This document shows positions 27,919 to 39,700 of a stretch of DNA of 64,000 nucleotides, in pieces; within the stretch, counting starts at the first letter, position 1, and the number at the start of each line of letters is the position of its first letter. The position numbers were made by a program, and so were the translations under genes. This DNA comes from Octopus sinensis. Lineage: Eukaryota. Location of the stretch: assembly GCF_006345805.1 (NCBI RefSeq), contig NC_043004.1, positions 2,046,001 to 2,110,000 on the forward strand, given 5' to 3'. Below the pieces are notes generated by a model that ran no database searches, was not told the DNA's origin, and was given only the letters and a program-made list of their open reading frames with translations.

Positions 27919-28018
27919 TGGGGGTGCTGAAAAGTTCTTCGCTTTATGGGTATCAGGAAAGGCTTAGTTGGAGGGCCACCCTTCCGAATTCTTTTACAGG
28001 GCTTAGAAAAACTGAAGT
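27919..28018 (+). mobile_element. Partial copy of the mariner MITE
   Basis: GGGGGTGCTGAAAAGTTC TIR, followed by sequence similar to the reverse complement of the right part of 12309-12481. Confidence 0.55.
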
Positions 28019-28119
28019 CAAAGGTGTCGATGGTGGTGGCGTCAAAAGTCTGAATAGTGTATGTATGGCAGTTGTGGTGGAGATGGTGGCGGTACTGGTG
28101 ATAGTTGAAAACAATCAAC

Positions 28120-28166
<47 letters not shown>

Positions 28167-28566
28167 AAGTCAGACAGAACAAAAAATATTGTACTGGCCA
28201 TACACCGCCTCAATGGGAAGACAACAAATGTTTATCATGCAGCTTTGCGGTTCCAAATCAACAAATTATATCATTATTTTGATGAAAACTGTTCATTGCT
28301 TGAAAAATATTGGTCAATTTTAATAAAATTTAATCAGTACTCAATGGATGAAGTGTCATTGTTGGGCCCAAGGCTTAGTGAAGTGCCCTCCACAGGAGCT
28401 AGCTTAAAAGCCACCCTATAAGCTAGTATATCTGAATTAACAAATGCGAAAACTAATTTCTGTGTCAGTGTGTCACACTTTTACCCCCTCTCTCACTATT
28501 CAATGAGACTTCCACATACTGGGGCGAGAGAAATAGTAGGCATAGAGGCAGTGAGGGTGGTGGCGA

Positions 28567-28659
<93 letters not shown>

Positions 28660-29458
28660 AAAACAGCAAGAGAGAAGGAGAGACAAAGAAATGTAGGGAG
28701 AGTTGATGGTGGCAGTGGGAGTAATAATGAGAGTGAGAAAGAGAGTGCGTATGTGAGAGAAAGAGGGAGATCATGCACAACTCTCCTGGGCAGAAATTCC
28801 TGTGGCCAGCACACTGAACCAGCTACTGAACACTGTCATTTTTGTTTCGTATTTTGCTTTCTTTACTACATACGTGAGCGTGTGTACATATATACATATA
28901 CATATGCATGCACACACACACACATACATACATATACATATATATAATACATTTCAATTGAAATACAGTTTCCCCAAAATTAAACATATATAATAAATAT
29001 GAATGTCAGTGTGTCAGTATTTTCAACTTTACTCCTAGGGGCTGTAGCCCAACATATCATACCATTTTGGAATCAGGCTGTCTCCGTGAATAAATTAAAA
29101 GCATTCAGGGCTGAATCTGGATCTGCAATCCTGAAATTTTGGTTTCCTATGTTTTTCATTACTGCGATTGTTTTCGGCGATGTTTTTTACATTATTTTTA
29201 GCGACGAATATATTCATCACTGAGATATGAATCTGGAGGAAGCAATTGCAACAAATTCTCCAAAACGAGTCAGAGATCTGTTTGCAGATCTTCCCATTCG
29301 GGGTCAGTAGCTTAAACACTTCACACTAGCTTATATAGTTGAAATTTACAGAAAAATAAAAGACGAAAATAGGCGTATGATCAACAAGCAGGTTTAAATG
29401 TTTTCCCAAATAACATTACAATTCATTTCGATTTTGGATTTCGTGTGTTGAAGCATAT

Positions 29459-29662
29459 ATTCTGTTGTGTCTGGGGAGAGTCATTTTCTTTTTGTGCCTT
29501 ATAATTTAACACACTCACCGGTAAAATTTTCACTTTTTTCTTATTTTTATTTTCCTAAAATTTTCGTTGCGTCTTGCTATTGAAAGGGTGGAAATTTTAC
29601 CGGTGGGCGTATTAAATTATAAGGCACATAAAGAAAATGACTCTCCCCAGACACAACAGAAT
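29459..29662. repeat. Fold-back inverted repeat, 75 bp arms, 54 bp spacer
   Basis: 29459-29533 versus 29588-29662, about 5 mismatches. Confidence 0.9.
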
Positions 29663-29959
29663 TAAAATTCATGTTTTAAGCTCCGCTGAACCTATAGGGT
29701 GAAACTCAAGCACTCAAGTATGATTCCATTGCATCTTACAGCCAAAACACTTGTAAGCTAATGCAGTTCGTAACTCAATGGTTTATTCTTTTGTCATCCC
29801 AACCGAAGTCTAATGGCTGAAACAAGGAAAAGGTAATGGGTTTATATATCATCATGATCAGCAGCATCAGCATCCTTTAACGTCTGCTTTCCATCCATGA
29901 TATTGGCTATCAGATAAAATTGTAAATTGAAGATGTAAAATTATATATATATATATATA

Positions 29960-30433
29960 TTAGACAAAAAGAGATAACAAAGCCAAGGCTGTGAGGAGTT
30001 TTCTGGACATTTATAAGGAAAGAGATATAGATTTACTCTTATAGCTCTTTCTGAGATATTGTGGATATCCCTTCATCATCGTTGATGTCAGATGGTTAAA
30101 TGGAGGTAAATGTTTGAGTTCGAAATAAGAAATTATTATGGAAAAGGATGTACACCACTTTACTCGAATAATGGTACTGCAACTACAATATGTTATATTT
30201 TATTTCTACCTTCATTCTCTTATTTCCCTCTATATTCCCTATCTCCTCCTTTTCCACAATAATTCCTTACTTCGATCACAAACATTCACCTCTATTTAAC
30301 CATCTCACAGTCTCTGATGTAGGGATTTCCATAATGTCCCAGAAACACCTGTAAGACTATATTTATGTATCTTTCTTTATAAATGTCCTGAAAACTCCTC
30401 ACAGCCTTGGATTTGTTATCTATTTTCGTCTAA
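29960..30433. repeat. Diverged fold-back element, about 188 bp arms, hammerhead-like motif in each arm
   Basis: 29960-30148 versus 30247-30433, roughly 80% identical by eye. Confidence 0.8.
30309..30358 (+). ncRNA. Type I hammerhead remnant (mirror remnant 30035-30084, - strand)
   Basis: AGTCT-CTGATGT-A-GGGA..TCCC-A-GAAAC-ACCT-GTA/AGACT; helix I 5 bp perfect; A9 is intact in the mirror copy. Confidence 0.6.
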
Positions 30434-30471
30434 CACATACATACATGCACACGCACACACACACACGCACG

Positions 30472-30542
<71 letters not shown>

Positions 30543-30583
30543 GCTTGCTAATACATGACCCACAAACTCCTCACTCGTATCAC

Positions 30584-30776
30584 TATCGGACCAAGAGTTT
30601 AACTACGGTCTGTCCATAGCACTTACCAAGCGTTACCTGCCACCCTTTGTGTCTTCTAGATACCAATACCTTATATATATATATATATATATATTGGTAT
30701 CTAGAAGACACAAAGGGTGGCAGGTAACGCTACGTAAGTGCTATGGACAGACCATAGTTAAACTCTTGGTCCGATA
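30584..30776. repeat. Fold-back inverted repeat, 85 bp arms around (TA)n
   Basis: 30584-30668 versus 30692-30776, 3 mismatches. Confidence 0.95.
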
Positions 30777-30809
30777 TATATATACAATCACAGATCGAGT
30801 TATGGTTTT

Positions 30810-31278
30810 CAGTAAAAGACACCCTAAAAACTTGAAAAATTATTAACAAAAGCCAAGTTTGACTTTAGCAAGAAAGACCAATCATTTACTGTATCTAAAT
30901 GCAATGATTGCCAATGTGGCATATACCAATTCATACATACCGGCCAATGTAGAAACACAGAAACCGGAAAATTATTCTCAAACACAAATATGAACTGCAA
31001 AAGCAGAATTTTAATTAGCTGCATCAAATGCCAAAATTATGGCGAACTATATGTAGGTTAGACAGGAAATGCACTATTAGAACGTTCGCGTGTGCACCGG
31101 CAGCAAATTAGAGACCCAGATGTCCGTCAGGTACCTTTGAGTAACCATCTAGCAACATGCAGTCAGAAAAATATTTATATTTCCATTCCACAAACTACAC
31201 AGTCCAAGTGAAATGGAGAGAAAAATCGGAGAAAAGAACTTTATTAATAAATTCCAACCCAAGCTAAATAAACAATAA
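30810..31278 (+). pseudogene. Penelope-like element, C-terminal GIY-YIG endonuclease remnant
   Basis: SKRHPKNLK/LTKAKF..SKCNDCQCG..MNCKSRILISCIKCQNYGELYVG*TGNALLERSRVHRQQIRD..PLSNHLATC..FINKFQPKLN; stop at 31059-31061 plus frameshifts. Confidence 0.85.
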
Positions 31279-31800
31279 TATTAATACTTAGAGGTATAGC
31301 TACGACCACTACTACGAACAACAATAATACTAAAGGTGCCCATGATGACGATAGCAGGAAAATACTAGCTAAGTCAAAAGAAAAGTCAGTAAAAATAATC
31401 TTAATTTAGGGGTTTAAAGTTACCACAGCTACTCCTACTACTACCACCACCACCATCAACAACATCAACGACAACAATGATAAGAGAGATGATAATGGTG
31501 ATGAGGATGATTGAAATGCAAAAATCCCTGGGAAATGTTGATTGCATCATTTCTAAAAATAGCTGAATTACTCCTTTGGCCGCGGTCAAAATACAGGTCT
31601 TTTGACATGTTCAACAAACCGTGACGCCTAGACGAAACACCAATCAACTTAAGTAATTTAATGAAATTACACAGATTTGTCAGAATACAGTTTGCAAAAT
31701 TTTACATTCTGGAGCTTATATAAATGTATTTAAAGCACACAGTTTAGCCATCTCACCACAGTTGTAAATTTTAAAACATAACTGTTACCACAACTACATG

Positions 31801-31840
31801 TACCTGAAGATTGCATAGTTTAATGCATGAAACTACTAGC
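31801..31840 (+). ncRNA. Degenerate hammerhead-like motif downstream of the Penelope ORF (possible pLTR)
   Basis: CTGAAGA-T-TGCAT(AGTTTA)ATGCA-T-GAAAC-TA-CTA; cleavage triplet and helix I decayed. Confidence 0.4.
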
Positions 31841-32268
31841 TGAATCAGAATGGACATTTAATATTCTATCGTTTCATTATATTATATTATATTATATCAT
31901 ATTATATTATATTATATTATATTATGTTACGTTATCTTATATTATTATACGATTGTAAATAAAACGTGAAAATCCAAGTTGGAATATCTTTGTTTAATAC
32001 ATTCTTCTATACACAATCATACACACCCGCTAACAAGAAACACACGCACTGGCTTTATTTCAATTCATTCTTCATAAGTCAGCTAACTGACCAACTGATC
32101 AATTATCTAATCGATTACTGGATTACTCCTTGAGCAAGTCCTTTCACTGTCGTTCTTGATTTCATCGATAACATGGCCTCATTCCTCCGGTTTAGTTCGT
32201 TCCACGTCTACCTTACACTTTTTGCTATAATGATAGGATTTTATGTGAATGTGTGATAATGTGTGTGT

Positions 32269-32318
<50 letters not shown>

Positions 32319-32458
32319 TGCGTAAAGGCTGTGTGTGAGCAGCAAGCTATGTTTATATGTACGTGTATGCCTATGTACGTGTGTGTCTGTGAATGCGCAT
32401 ACACATAGTCTGCTGCTTAACAGCCACTTTCTCTCTCCGTTTCTCTCTCTCGCTCGCT

Positions 32459-32489
<31 letters not shown>

Positions 32490-32599
32490 GCTCACTCTTT
32501 CTCTCTCTCACTCTCTCTCTCTCAAACATAATGAGTTTTTTTTTGTTAGACTGTACCAAAAAAGGCGTAGTGAAAGGGATAACGAAGAAATTAAGACGT

Positions 32600-33030
32600 A
32601 TGGAGTGAATTTACTTTAGGGTAGAAAGAACTCAGGTCTTAAGAAGGAGAAAAGCAATGAGATGGAAGAGAGTTCCAGAGTCTAACAGTTCGAGGGAAAA
32701 GTTACGACTGTAGAAAGACTACCTTATCCGTGGCGGCACAACAGTATGTAGCGCTGTGTGTTTCGAGTCAGGTGAGATGGCACAACATGATCTGAAAATT
32801 AAGACAGTTTACCGGAGCACTTCCTGTGACAATAACAATAGAAACATTAAGAATGGCGCAGTCACGTTGATGTGACAGGTGTTGCAGGGTTGAAGCAAGA
32901 GAGGGGCTAATCAAATTAGGGACTCACTTCTGGACCCGATCGAGGACAACCAAATGACAAGATGTTGTATCTGCGCAAATATGACAACAGTACTCCAATA
33001 AAAAGACCAATTGTGGGCTTGTAAAGATAC
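32600..33030 (-). mobile_element. CR1/L2-group LINE, RT C-terminal remnant
   Basis: LYK..LEYCCHI (32978-32998), LDRVQK, LQHLSHQRD, PRTVRLWNSLP (WNSLP at 32663-32677), with frameshifts. Confidence 0.8.
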
Positions 33031-34839
33031 AAAATGGCTTCGGATGTGAGGTCCTTCTTTGATTATCTCCCTTGACTACAAAATGGCTCCGGATGTGAGG
33101 TAGTCATTACACAATGACACAACCTTACGTGAAGCAGATTTACCAACTGATTGCATGAGAACCCCAAGAAATACCAGGTGCAAAAGTAAGAGCAAGCAAT
33201 TTTAAAAAAAAACAAACATTTTCTTAAATATTGTTACTGCCTCACCGTGTGATACCTCAACCCTTTAACTCACGCCTATAAACCCCACAGACATTCCCAC
33301 ATCCCTTGTTACAAGTAACATGTAGGTCTATGTCGTAACTGGTTACAAGGTAGAATTGAAGACATATTACCTGTCCCTAAAATTCCTTTGAGTATCAGAA
33401 ATTGTACACTCATTATATTCCATTTGATAGTTTCTGTCTCTCAACGCACCACCATTTACCCCTTTTCTCTTGAATGTTTTCAAGTTCAACAAAGTTAAGG
33501 CAAGTTCCAACCAGATGTTCGCTTCCGTCTGATCGTTTCTACTTTCTTCTTCCGAACACACGCTGTTCTACCCAGTTCTTTTACGTTCTTTTTAAAAGAA
33601 TTTAAAGCATTTAAGGTTATCTAGCTGGAAGATGATAGCACTGATTCGGAGAAGATAATGTCTGTTGACCAATAACATGGCCGTAGATGTAATAGGACGA
33701 GAAAATCTATCAATTTAAAACACATAGCGGCGGGCAGGGTGGGGTTTGCGTTATCACGAACAAAGAAATCAAGACTAAATTCAAAAGAGAAGCCGGATTT
33801 ATTGCAATTAGGTGATATGTGTTCGGATGGGAGAGAGAGTATTCTGTTGTCACACAAAAGCAACATGTATTTATTTGTCTATGCATGTGTTTGCGTGTAT
33901 TGTTTTCTTTGTATAATTGTGTATGCGATGTGTATCTGCTTATAAGTCGTATGTGTGTTTCTCTGTATGTGTGTGTTTCTCTTTCTCTCTCTCTCTCTCT
34001 CTCTCTGTTTGTGTGTGTATGTGTATGTGTGTGAGTGTGTGTGTGTGTGGTGTGTGTGTGTGTGTGTGTTTGTACATTTACAGTGACTGCTGTAAAGCAA
34101 TCTTGAAATTAGTATCCCGAGATCAATACATAATTATCTGAGCGAAATCCCTTCGAGGCAACGGCGAGAATCAGTTTAATTAAACAAGTCTCTCGTCAAC
34201 TGAGGTTAAATTAGATATGACAGGTAACTAATCCATGTGGTATTCGTCGTCTTTGTCTTTTCTTAAACCTTGAGGCAAACATTTCTCATGTCTCTCAAAC
34301 GCTTCAATGTTGAAATTGAGTGACACTCACTTATTGACAAATTGGAAATGTTGATCCCCCACTTTAAACTGCTCCACTTGATGAATTACCAACATATGCT
34401 GCCTAACCATGCAGTCTTAGCTGCAACTTGAACTGTTAGGACTTAGCTGAGGAACAGTCGCAGGCGTAGACACAGCAACTGAGCTTTTTAATCCACGTTA
34501 CTAATAATTTCTAAATTAGCTCCGAATCATAGATAAATGAAATGAATTAGGAATTGGTGGCTTTCATGCTTTCCCCGAATGTATTTATACGATATTGAAA
34601 ACAACTATGGAAATTCTAAAGCGGTCCGTTAATGCACCTCTCCAATAGTGAAACACTACTCGACCAAACTTTAAAAGCATTAAATTTATAGTTACAATAT
34701 AGTAGCTAAGAAAATTCTTCTTTGTGTAAACTGTATGCTTAAATGCTGATAACTAAATTGAACGCGTGGGTGGCTGTAAATATGTATATATGTCAGTGTA
34801 TGTATGTATATGTGTGTATATATATATGTATATATATAT

Positions 34840-34872
<33 letters not shown>

Positions 34873-34924
34873 GTATATGTATATATATATATATGGATTT
34901 ATTTTAATATATTTATTATCTCTC

Positions 34925-35060
34925 TTTGTTTCTTTCTGTGGAAGAGCGTAGACTGGAAACGTTAAAGATTTTTTCAATTCCCCAGCGTTATATTAATACG
35001 TCTGTTTGTTGTCTACACCACCTGCCTTCGTCTTTTTCTGTGTGTGAATTCTCCCTACAT
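34925..35060 (+). mobile_element. Short dispersed repeat H with hammerhead-like 5' part
   Basis: TCTTT-CTGTGGA-A-GAGCGTAGACTG-GAAAC-GTT/AAAGA then body CTGTTTGTTGTCTACACCACCTG; related copies at 59395-59480 (-) and 63040-63170 (+). Confidence 0.55.
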
Positions 35061-35175
35061 ATAGATCCGTAGATCCACCCTCAGCTGTGAACTTGGAAAC
35101 TAACGAGTGACCAGTTATAGCACTTACACTGCATACCTATTCGTTTAGTTCACCAGTGAACTAAATCTGTCATAT

Positions 35176-35270
<95 letters not shown>

Positions 35271-35556
35271 ACACACAGATATATATATATATATATATAC
35301 AATTAAAATTTTGTTAGGTCTGAGTAACATGCATACTCAACAATATTCAGTGAATATCAGATTTGGTGCATAAGTGCCGGCTACATGATATTCTTGTAGT
35401 GTCTGCTGATAATAAGACCCAGTTGAGTGAAGAAATCCCTTCTTAGCTTTTCAGACCTTTATTTTATAATAAAAATACAGTCTGTAATATTTACAAATCG
35501 TGGATTCCAGGATAAGGGAATAAAATATAAGTGTGTAACAAAGACGTATAGGTGTC

Positions 35557-35645
35557 AATCCGTTACAGCTGTTTCCAACGACTTCTTCAATTGAATAATG
35601 GAAGTATTAAACTATTGTAAAGAAACCGTTTTCGTCAGATGAATT
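35557..35645 (-). ncRNA. Hammerhead remnant with long helix II loop
   Basis: rc AATTCAT-CTGACGA-A-AACG-(about 50 nt)-CGTT-G-GAAAC-AGCT-GTA/ACGGATT; two transitions would restore a 7 bp helix I. Confidence 0.45.
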
Positions 35646-36897
35646 CATGATCTTCTGACATAAAGGACAGTTCAACTTATTCAATATAGTCAAGAAATTC
35701 ACGGAGTAAAATATTTACATTGACCCTGCTACCATTCAGTTGGCATATATATGCGTTTTTTACCGGTCGAACTCGAAGTAGATAAAGCTATACATTATTC
35801 CGTATAACTGTGTAAATATTTAGTTGAAAAAGAAACACCCTTTGGATAATAGAAAGATGCTCACAAACAAACTCAGAAAAACAACTCAGAGTGGCCAGTG
35901 ACATGTATTTGAAAAATGTAGGTTTTGATAAACCATACAGATTTATCAAATACCTGATGTTCTAGATGTTTCACCTGTGTGTATTTGTGTGTGCATGTTA
36001 TTTCATTATTGTTGTTATATGCGTGGTATTGCATTGTATAATTTAGCCCTGTAGTATGCGGCGGATAGAATTATCACGTGAGCAGTATTTCGTTTGGGGA
36101 AAACACTTGTTCTATCGAAGCTTTTTAAGGAGTTCTTTTCATGTAAGCGATTCGACTGGGTTCTTGGCAGGGTTTTTTATCTTTATGGTAGCTGCATATT
36201 GCAACGATATCCTCAACACGTCCTAAGATAGAAAACAATTATACCAACATGGCTGGGTAATTTTACGTCATTCTCTTTCTTATCCATCACTCCGACTGAA
36301 CCGTAGACCGCTCATTTTGCACCTTGTAAACATGCAAACAACTTATCTCATTCAACTTCTTGACAAATCTATCACCTCACAGTGCATCTTTACCCTTCAA
36401 AATAAATTACAAATTCAAACTCCTCACTGAATGACAGTATCTGCATATATGCTGGTTTCGCCGTGCAGTCAATCCCTTCACCTGAATATCAACAAAAATA
36501 CCTTTGTTTATTCAGGTTCAGAAACTTCTTTTCCCACTCCTTTAACATCTGCTTTCTCTACTGCTGTCCCAGAATATGAAACGCCCACCAAATATCACAG
36601 TATTTATACAACACACTTGTAACATATTGCAATCACTTAACATCTACGGCCACCATATATTACAGACAACATCCCGCACATGCACCAATTATTACATCCA
36701 CTAATCTTCTTAACTATACGGTCCTGCTACCATCACGAGTTTCCTTTTTGTTGAGCGTAAAACGTAGCATCTTGGGTGTCTTTTAGTATAAGTTCGCCCA
36801 TCTCGCGTGCGCGATACCGAATATGCGAGAAAATGTGTAGAACATTACTTACTTTATTTACATTTGACGGATATTTGTTCTCATCTTGTTTTTCGTT

Positions 36898-36943
36898 AAC
36901 AGAACGTTTCGGCTGATATACCCTCCAGCCTTCATCAGGTGTC
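36898..36943 (-). ncRNA. Minimal Penelope-type hammerhead, left arm of G
   Basis: GACAC-CTGATGA-A-GGCTG(GAGGGTATAT)CAGCC-GAAAC-GTT/CTGTT; first helix I pair mutated. Confidence 0.7.
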
Positions 36944-36994
36944 TTGGGGCAAATTTCGAACCTGAGTTCTCATTCCCAAGGTATTTTTCGATGA

Positions 36995-37052
<58 letters not shown>

Positions 37053-37053
<1 letters not shown>

Positions 37054-37253
37054 TTTTTTCCCTCTTTCTTCAAATTTTCTTCCGTTTCTCGCCGAGTGTT
37101 TTCCGTACACCTAGGGCAGAGAAGCTCATTGTATGCAATCCCCAGATTACACACGCAAATTCACAGGTAAAATATGTATTTAAAAAATTAATGAATACAT
37201 AAATTCATGAATGGATGTTGTTTTCACAGCAATAATGCTCTTCTCAGTACAGT
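37053..37253 (-). mobile_element. 5'-truncated 3' end of an R4/Dong-type LINE inserted in (TAA)n
   Basis: Starts TVLRRALLL* (37253-37224); 3' UTR motif TTCTCTGCCCTAGG..GGAAAACACTCGG matches TTCTCAGCCATAGG..GGAAGACACTCGG of the element ending at 18920; ATT repeats on both sides. Confidence 0.75.
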
Positions 37254-37433
37254 ATTATTACTATTACTATTATTATTATTATTATTATTATTCAGGTTAC
37301 TGCCTGGAATCGAACTCGGAATCTTGGGGTTAGTAGCCTGCGCTCTTCACCACTACGCTATATGCCAGTGGGCATAATGGTTAAGAGCGCGGGACTACTA
37401 ACACCAAGATTCCGAGTTCGATTCAGGCAGTGA

Positions 37434-37486
<53 letters not shown>

Positions 37487-37582
37487 TTAATAATAATAAT
37501 AATAATAATATTAATAATAATAATAATAATAATATCGAAAAATACCTTGGGAATGAGAACTCAGGTTCGAAATTTCCCCCAA

Positions 37583-37628
37583 GTCACCTGATGAAGGCTG
37601 GAGGGTGTATCAGCCGAAACGTTGTGTT
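37583..37628 (+). ncRNA. Minimal Penelope-type hammerhead, right arm of G
   Basis: GTCAC-CTGATGA-A-GGCTG..CAGCC-GAAAC-GTT/GTGTT; core intact, one helix I mismatch. Confidence 0.72.
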
Positions 37629-38830
37629 AACGAAAAACAAGATGAGGACAAATATCCGTCAAATGTAAATAATGTAAATAATGTACATAATTCCTCATTT
37701 CTTAAATATAGAAAAGTGTAGAAGTTCGCCGGATTGTCCCGGAAATTCAAAAATCCGGTCTATCACACACTGTTTTATGTAAAGGAAAAATGATAAGGAT
37801 GAAGGTATTTGAGGAATTTTCAACGATTTAGACGCTAATTAAGAGCAGGTGGTTTAGCTGATTGAACAAGTAAATACTTATGATCGAAATCAAGAGAGAA
37901 CAATAATCGATACACAATAAATCCACCCACCATATACTCCCCCCTCATACACTACGATCTATCAAACACTCAAGGAATTTTTAAATTATTATTTCATATC
38001 AATTTTTGTGAACTGTACATTTGTTACTAATAGAAAACAATGAACAACATATTTCTGATGTCGGTCGAATAAATGCCACAAGGTGTTTTGTTTGTCGCAC
38101 CGCCTTACAGGTAGCATTCTCGCAATTATGTATATATGTTCACACGCGCACATACGTGAATTCAGCCACACCCATATTTTCAAACACGCGCCATCACATA
38201 CACGACACATGCACAAACGCACACACACACACACAAACACACACACACAGGCACACACAGACACACACAGACACATACACACACACACACACACGCATAC
38301 ACATTCATATGCAAGGGCCTTTCTGTACAGTTTTCCACTACCAAAATTCACAGACAAATCTATGGTAAATGGCACCAACACAACATCGTACTCTACTGGA
38401 TTAAGTCGAAACCACGTGATCGTGAGGTAAACATTTTGACACTACATCCATGACTACGGATTGAATAGAGCTCAAATCGCCCTCAAATATGAAAATTAAT
38501 AGTTAAGAGCAAAATGTTGGATACAATGTACTTAAGAAGAAATTTGGTTGCTTTCAGAGACACAACAAAATCAACGAGTTGTGTATATATTTCAGAGGGA
38601 ACGTTTCTTTTAATGGAAGCGAGTAAATTTCTAAATAGTGAGATTAAAAAGAAAATGTGAAAGACCAGCTGGAGTATGTCCGAAGTGTTGGTTCAGGGAG
38701 CGATCGGATCTGCGTTGCCTCTAAATTTTTCCAAAAACTAAGCGAAATTGAGCAAAAGTAATTTAGATTTCAATACATAGCATTCGCACTTTCTACAGTA
38801 GAAAATCTTACATTTAAACTAACAGATATA

Positions 38831-39700
38831 CAGGTCGACTTACGACCATAATTGGTTCCGACTGACCGGTCATAAATCGATTTGGTCGTAAGTCGGCCTA
38901 TAGGTCTAGATAGCTTTGTTTTATATTTTTACATTCTTAAGTTACATTCTCAAATAAAAGTCTCACACAGCATTCTGTATTATACTATTACACTGACGTT
39001 AGTCAAAACTTTCGTAGTTTCAAGCAGTTGTTTTATAAACAAATGCGAGGTTGCCTCGATGTGTCCGCGACAGGATAGTCATCTAACACTTGGGATAGCC
39101 ACAGCGGCGAACGATAGCCAAACCTAGGGGAAGCGTTTGTTAGCTGACATCATCCGTAGACGGGTTAATTTCTAAAACCCACTTGATTTCAAATGGACTC
39201 TTTATTATTGCTTTATTATTTACTAGCAGTATCGCCCAGCGTTGCTCGAGTTTGTTTCGGCCCTTTAGAATTGGAATTTTTGAAAAGTAAAATTTTTACA
39301 TTATATAGCCTGTTATTCTCTTTAAGTGAACATTTTTCTGTATAAAATACACCGAAAAATGGCGACACAGCAGTCAAAAATTCGTAAAAAATAGGGATTT
39401 TCATAGAAAAAAAAGCACTTTTTCATGTAAATAATATTTGGTCTTCACATGGTCCGATTTGAATTTTATCTTCTACGGAATGAAGAGCAGGCCTTCTTCT
39501 ATCATACTCTTAATTTTGGTCAACTTGCACCGCAGGATCTCGGAGGAGATAGTGTTAGTTGAAGGCTACCAAACCTGCCACACATAGACAACTTCAGCTT
39601 TATATAGAGAGAGATTATGGCGCGACAATTGTCGTAAAGTCGATCGGTCGTAAGTCGAGTGGGTCGTAAGTCGAGTAGGTTGTAAGTCGATGACGACCTG
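38831..39700. mobile_element. pogo/Tigger-like MITE
   Basis: TA-CAGGTCG(..)ACTTACGACC ... GTAAGTCGATGACGACCTG-TA; subterminal GGTCGTAAGTCG-type repeats at about 39645-39690. Confidence 0.75.
39223..39614 (-). mobile_element. Non-autonomous Helitron nested in the MITE
   Basis: On - strand A^TC start (39614), subterminal hairpin CTCGAGCAACGCTGGG, CTAG^T end (39223). Confidence 0.75.

Larger units (their letters stand above)
36843..37713. mobile_element. Palindromic element G: head-to-head tRNA-like heads, each followed by (AAT)n and a hammerhead tail
   Basis: Heads 37291-37366 (-) and 37371-37440 (+) around centre TATGCC-AGTG-GGCATA; tails 36843-36995 (-) and about 37530-37713 (+) are reverse complements. 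Confidence 0.9.

Noticed and set aside
27891-28421. 176 aa ORF
   Set aside because: It runs through a mariner MITE fragment and a (GA)n tract
30692-30776. Hammerhead in the 85 bp fold-back arm
   Set aside because: Only TAGAAGA and TAAAC-like approximations; the core is not canonical
37291-37440. Functional tRNA genes
   Set aside because: A and B boxes are present, but I could not build an acceptor stem or full cloverleaf; they are SINE heads, as are all other tRNA-like stretches here
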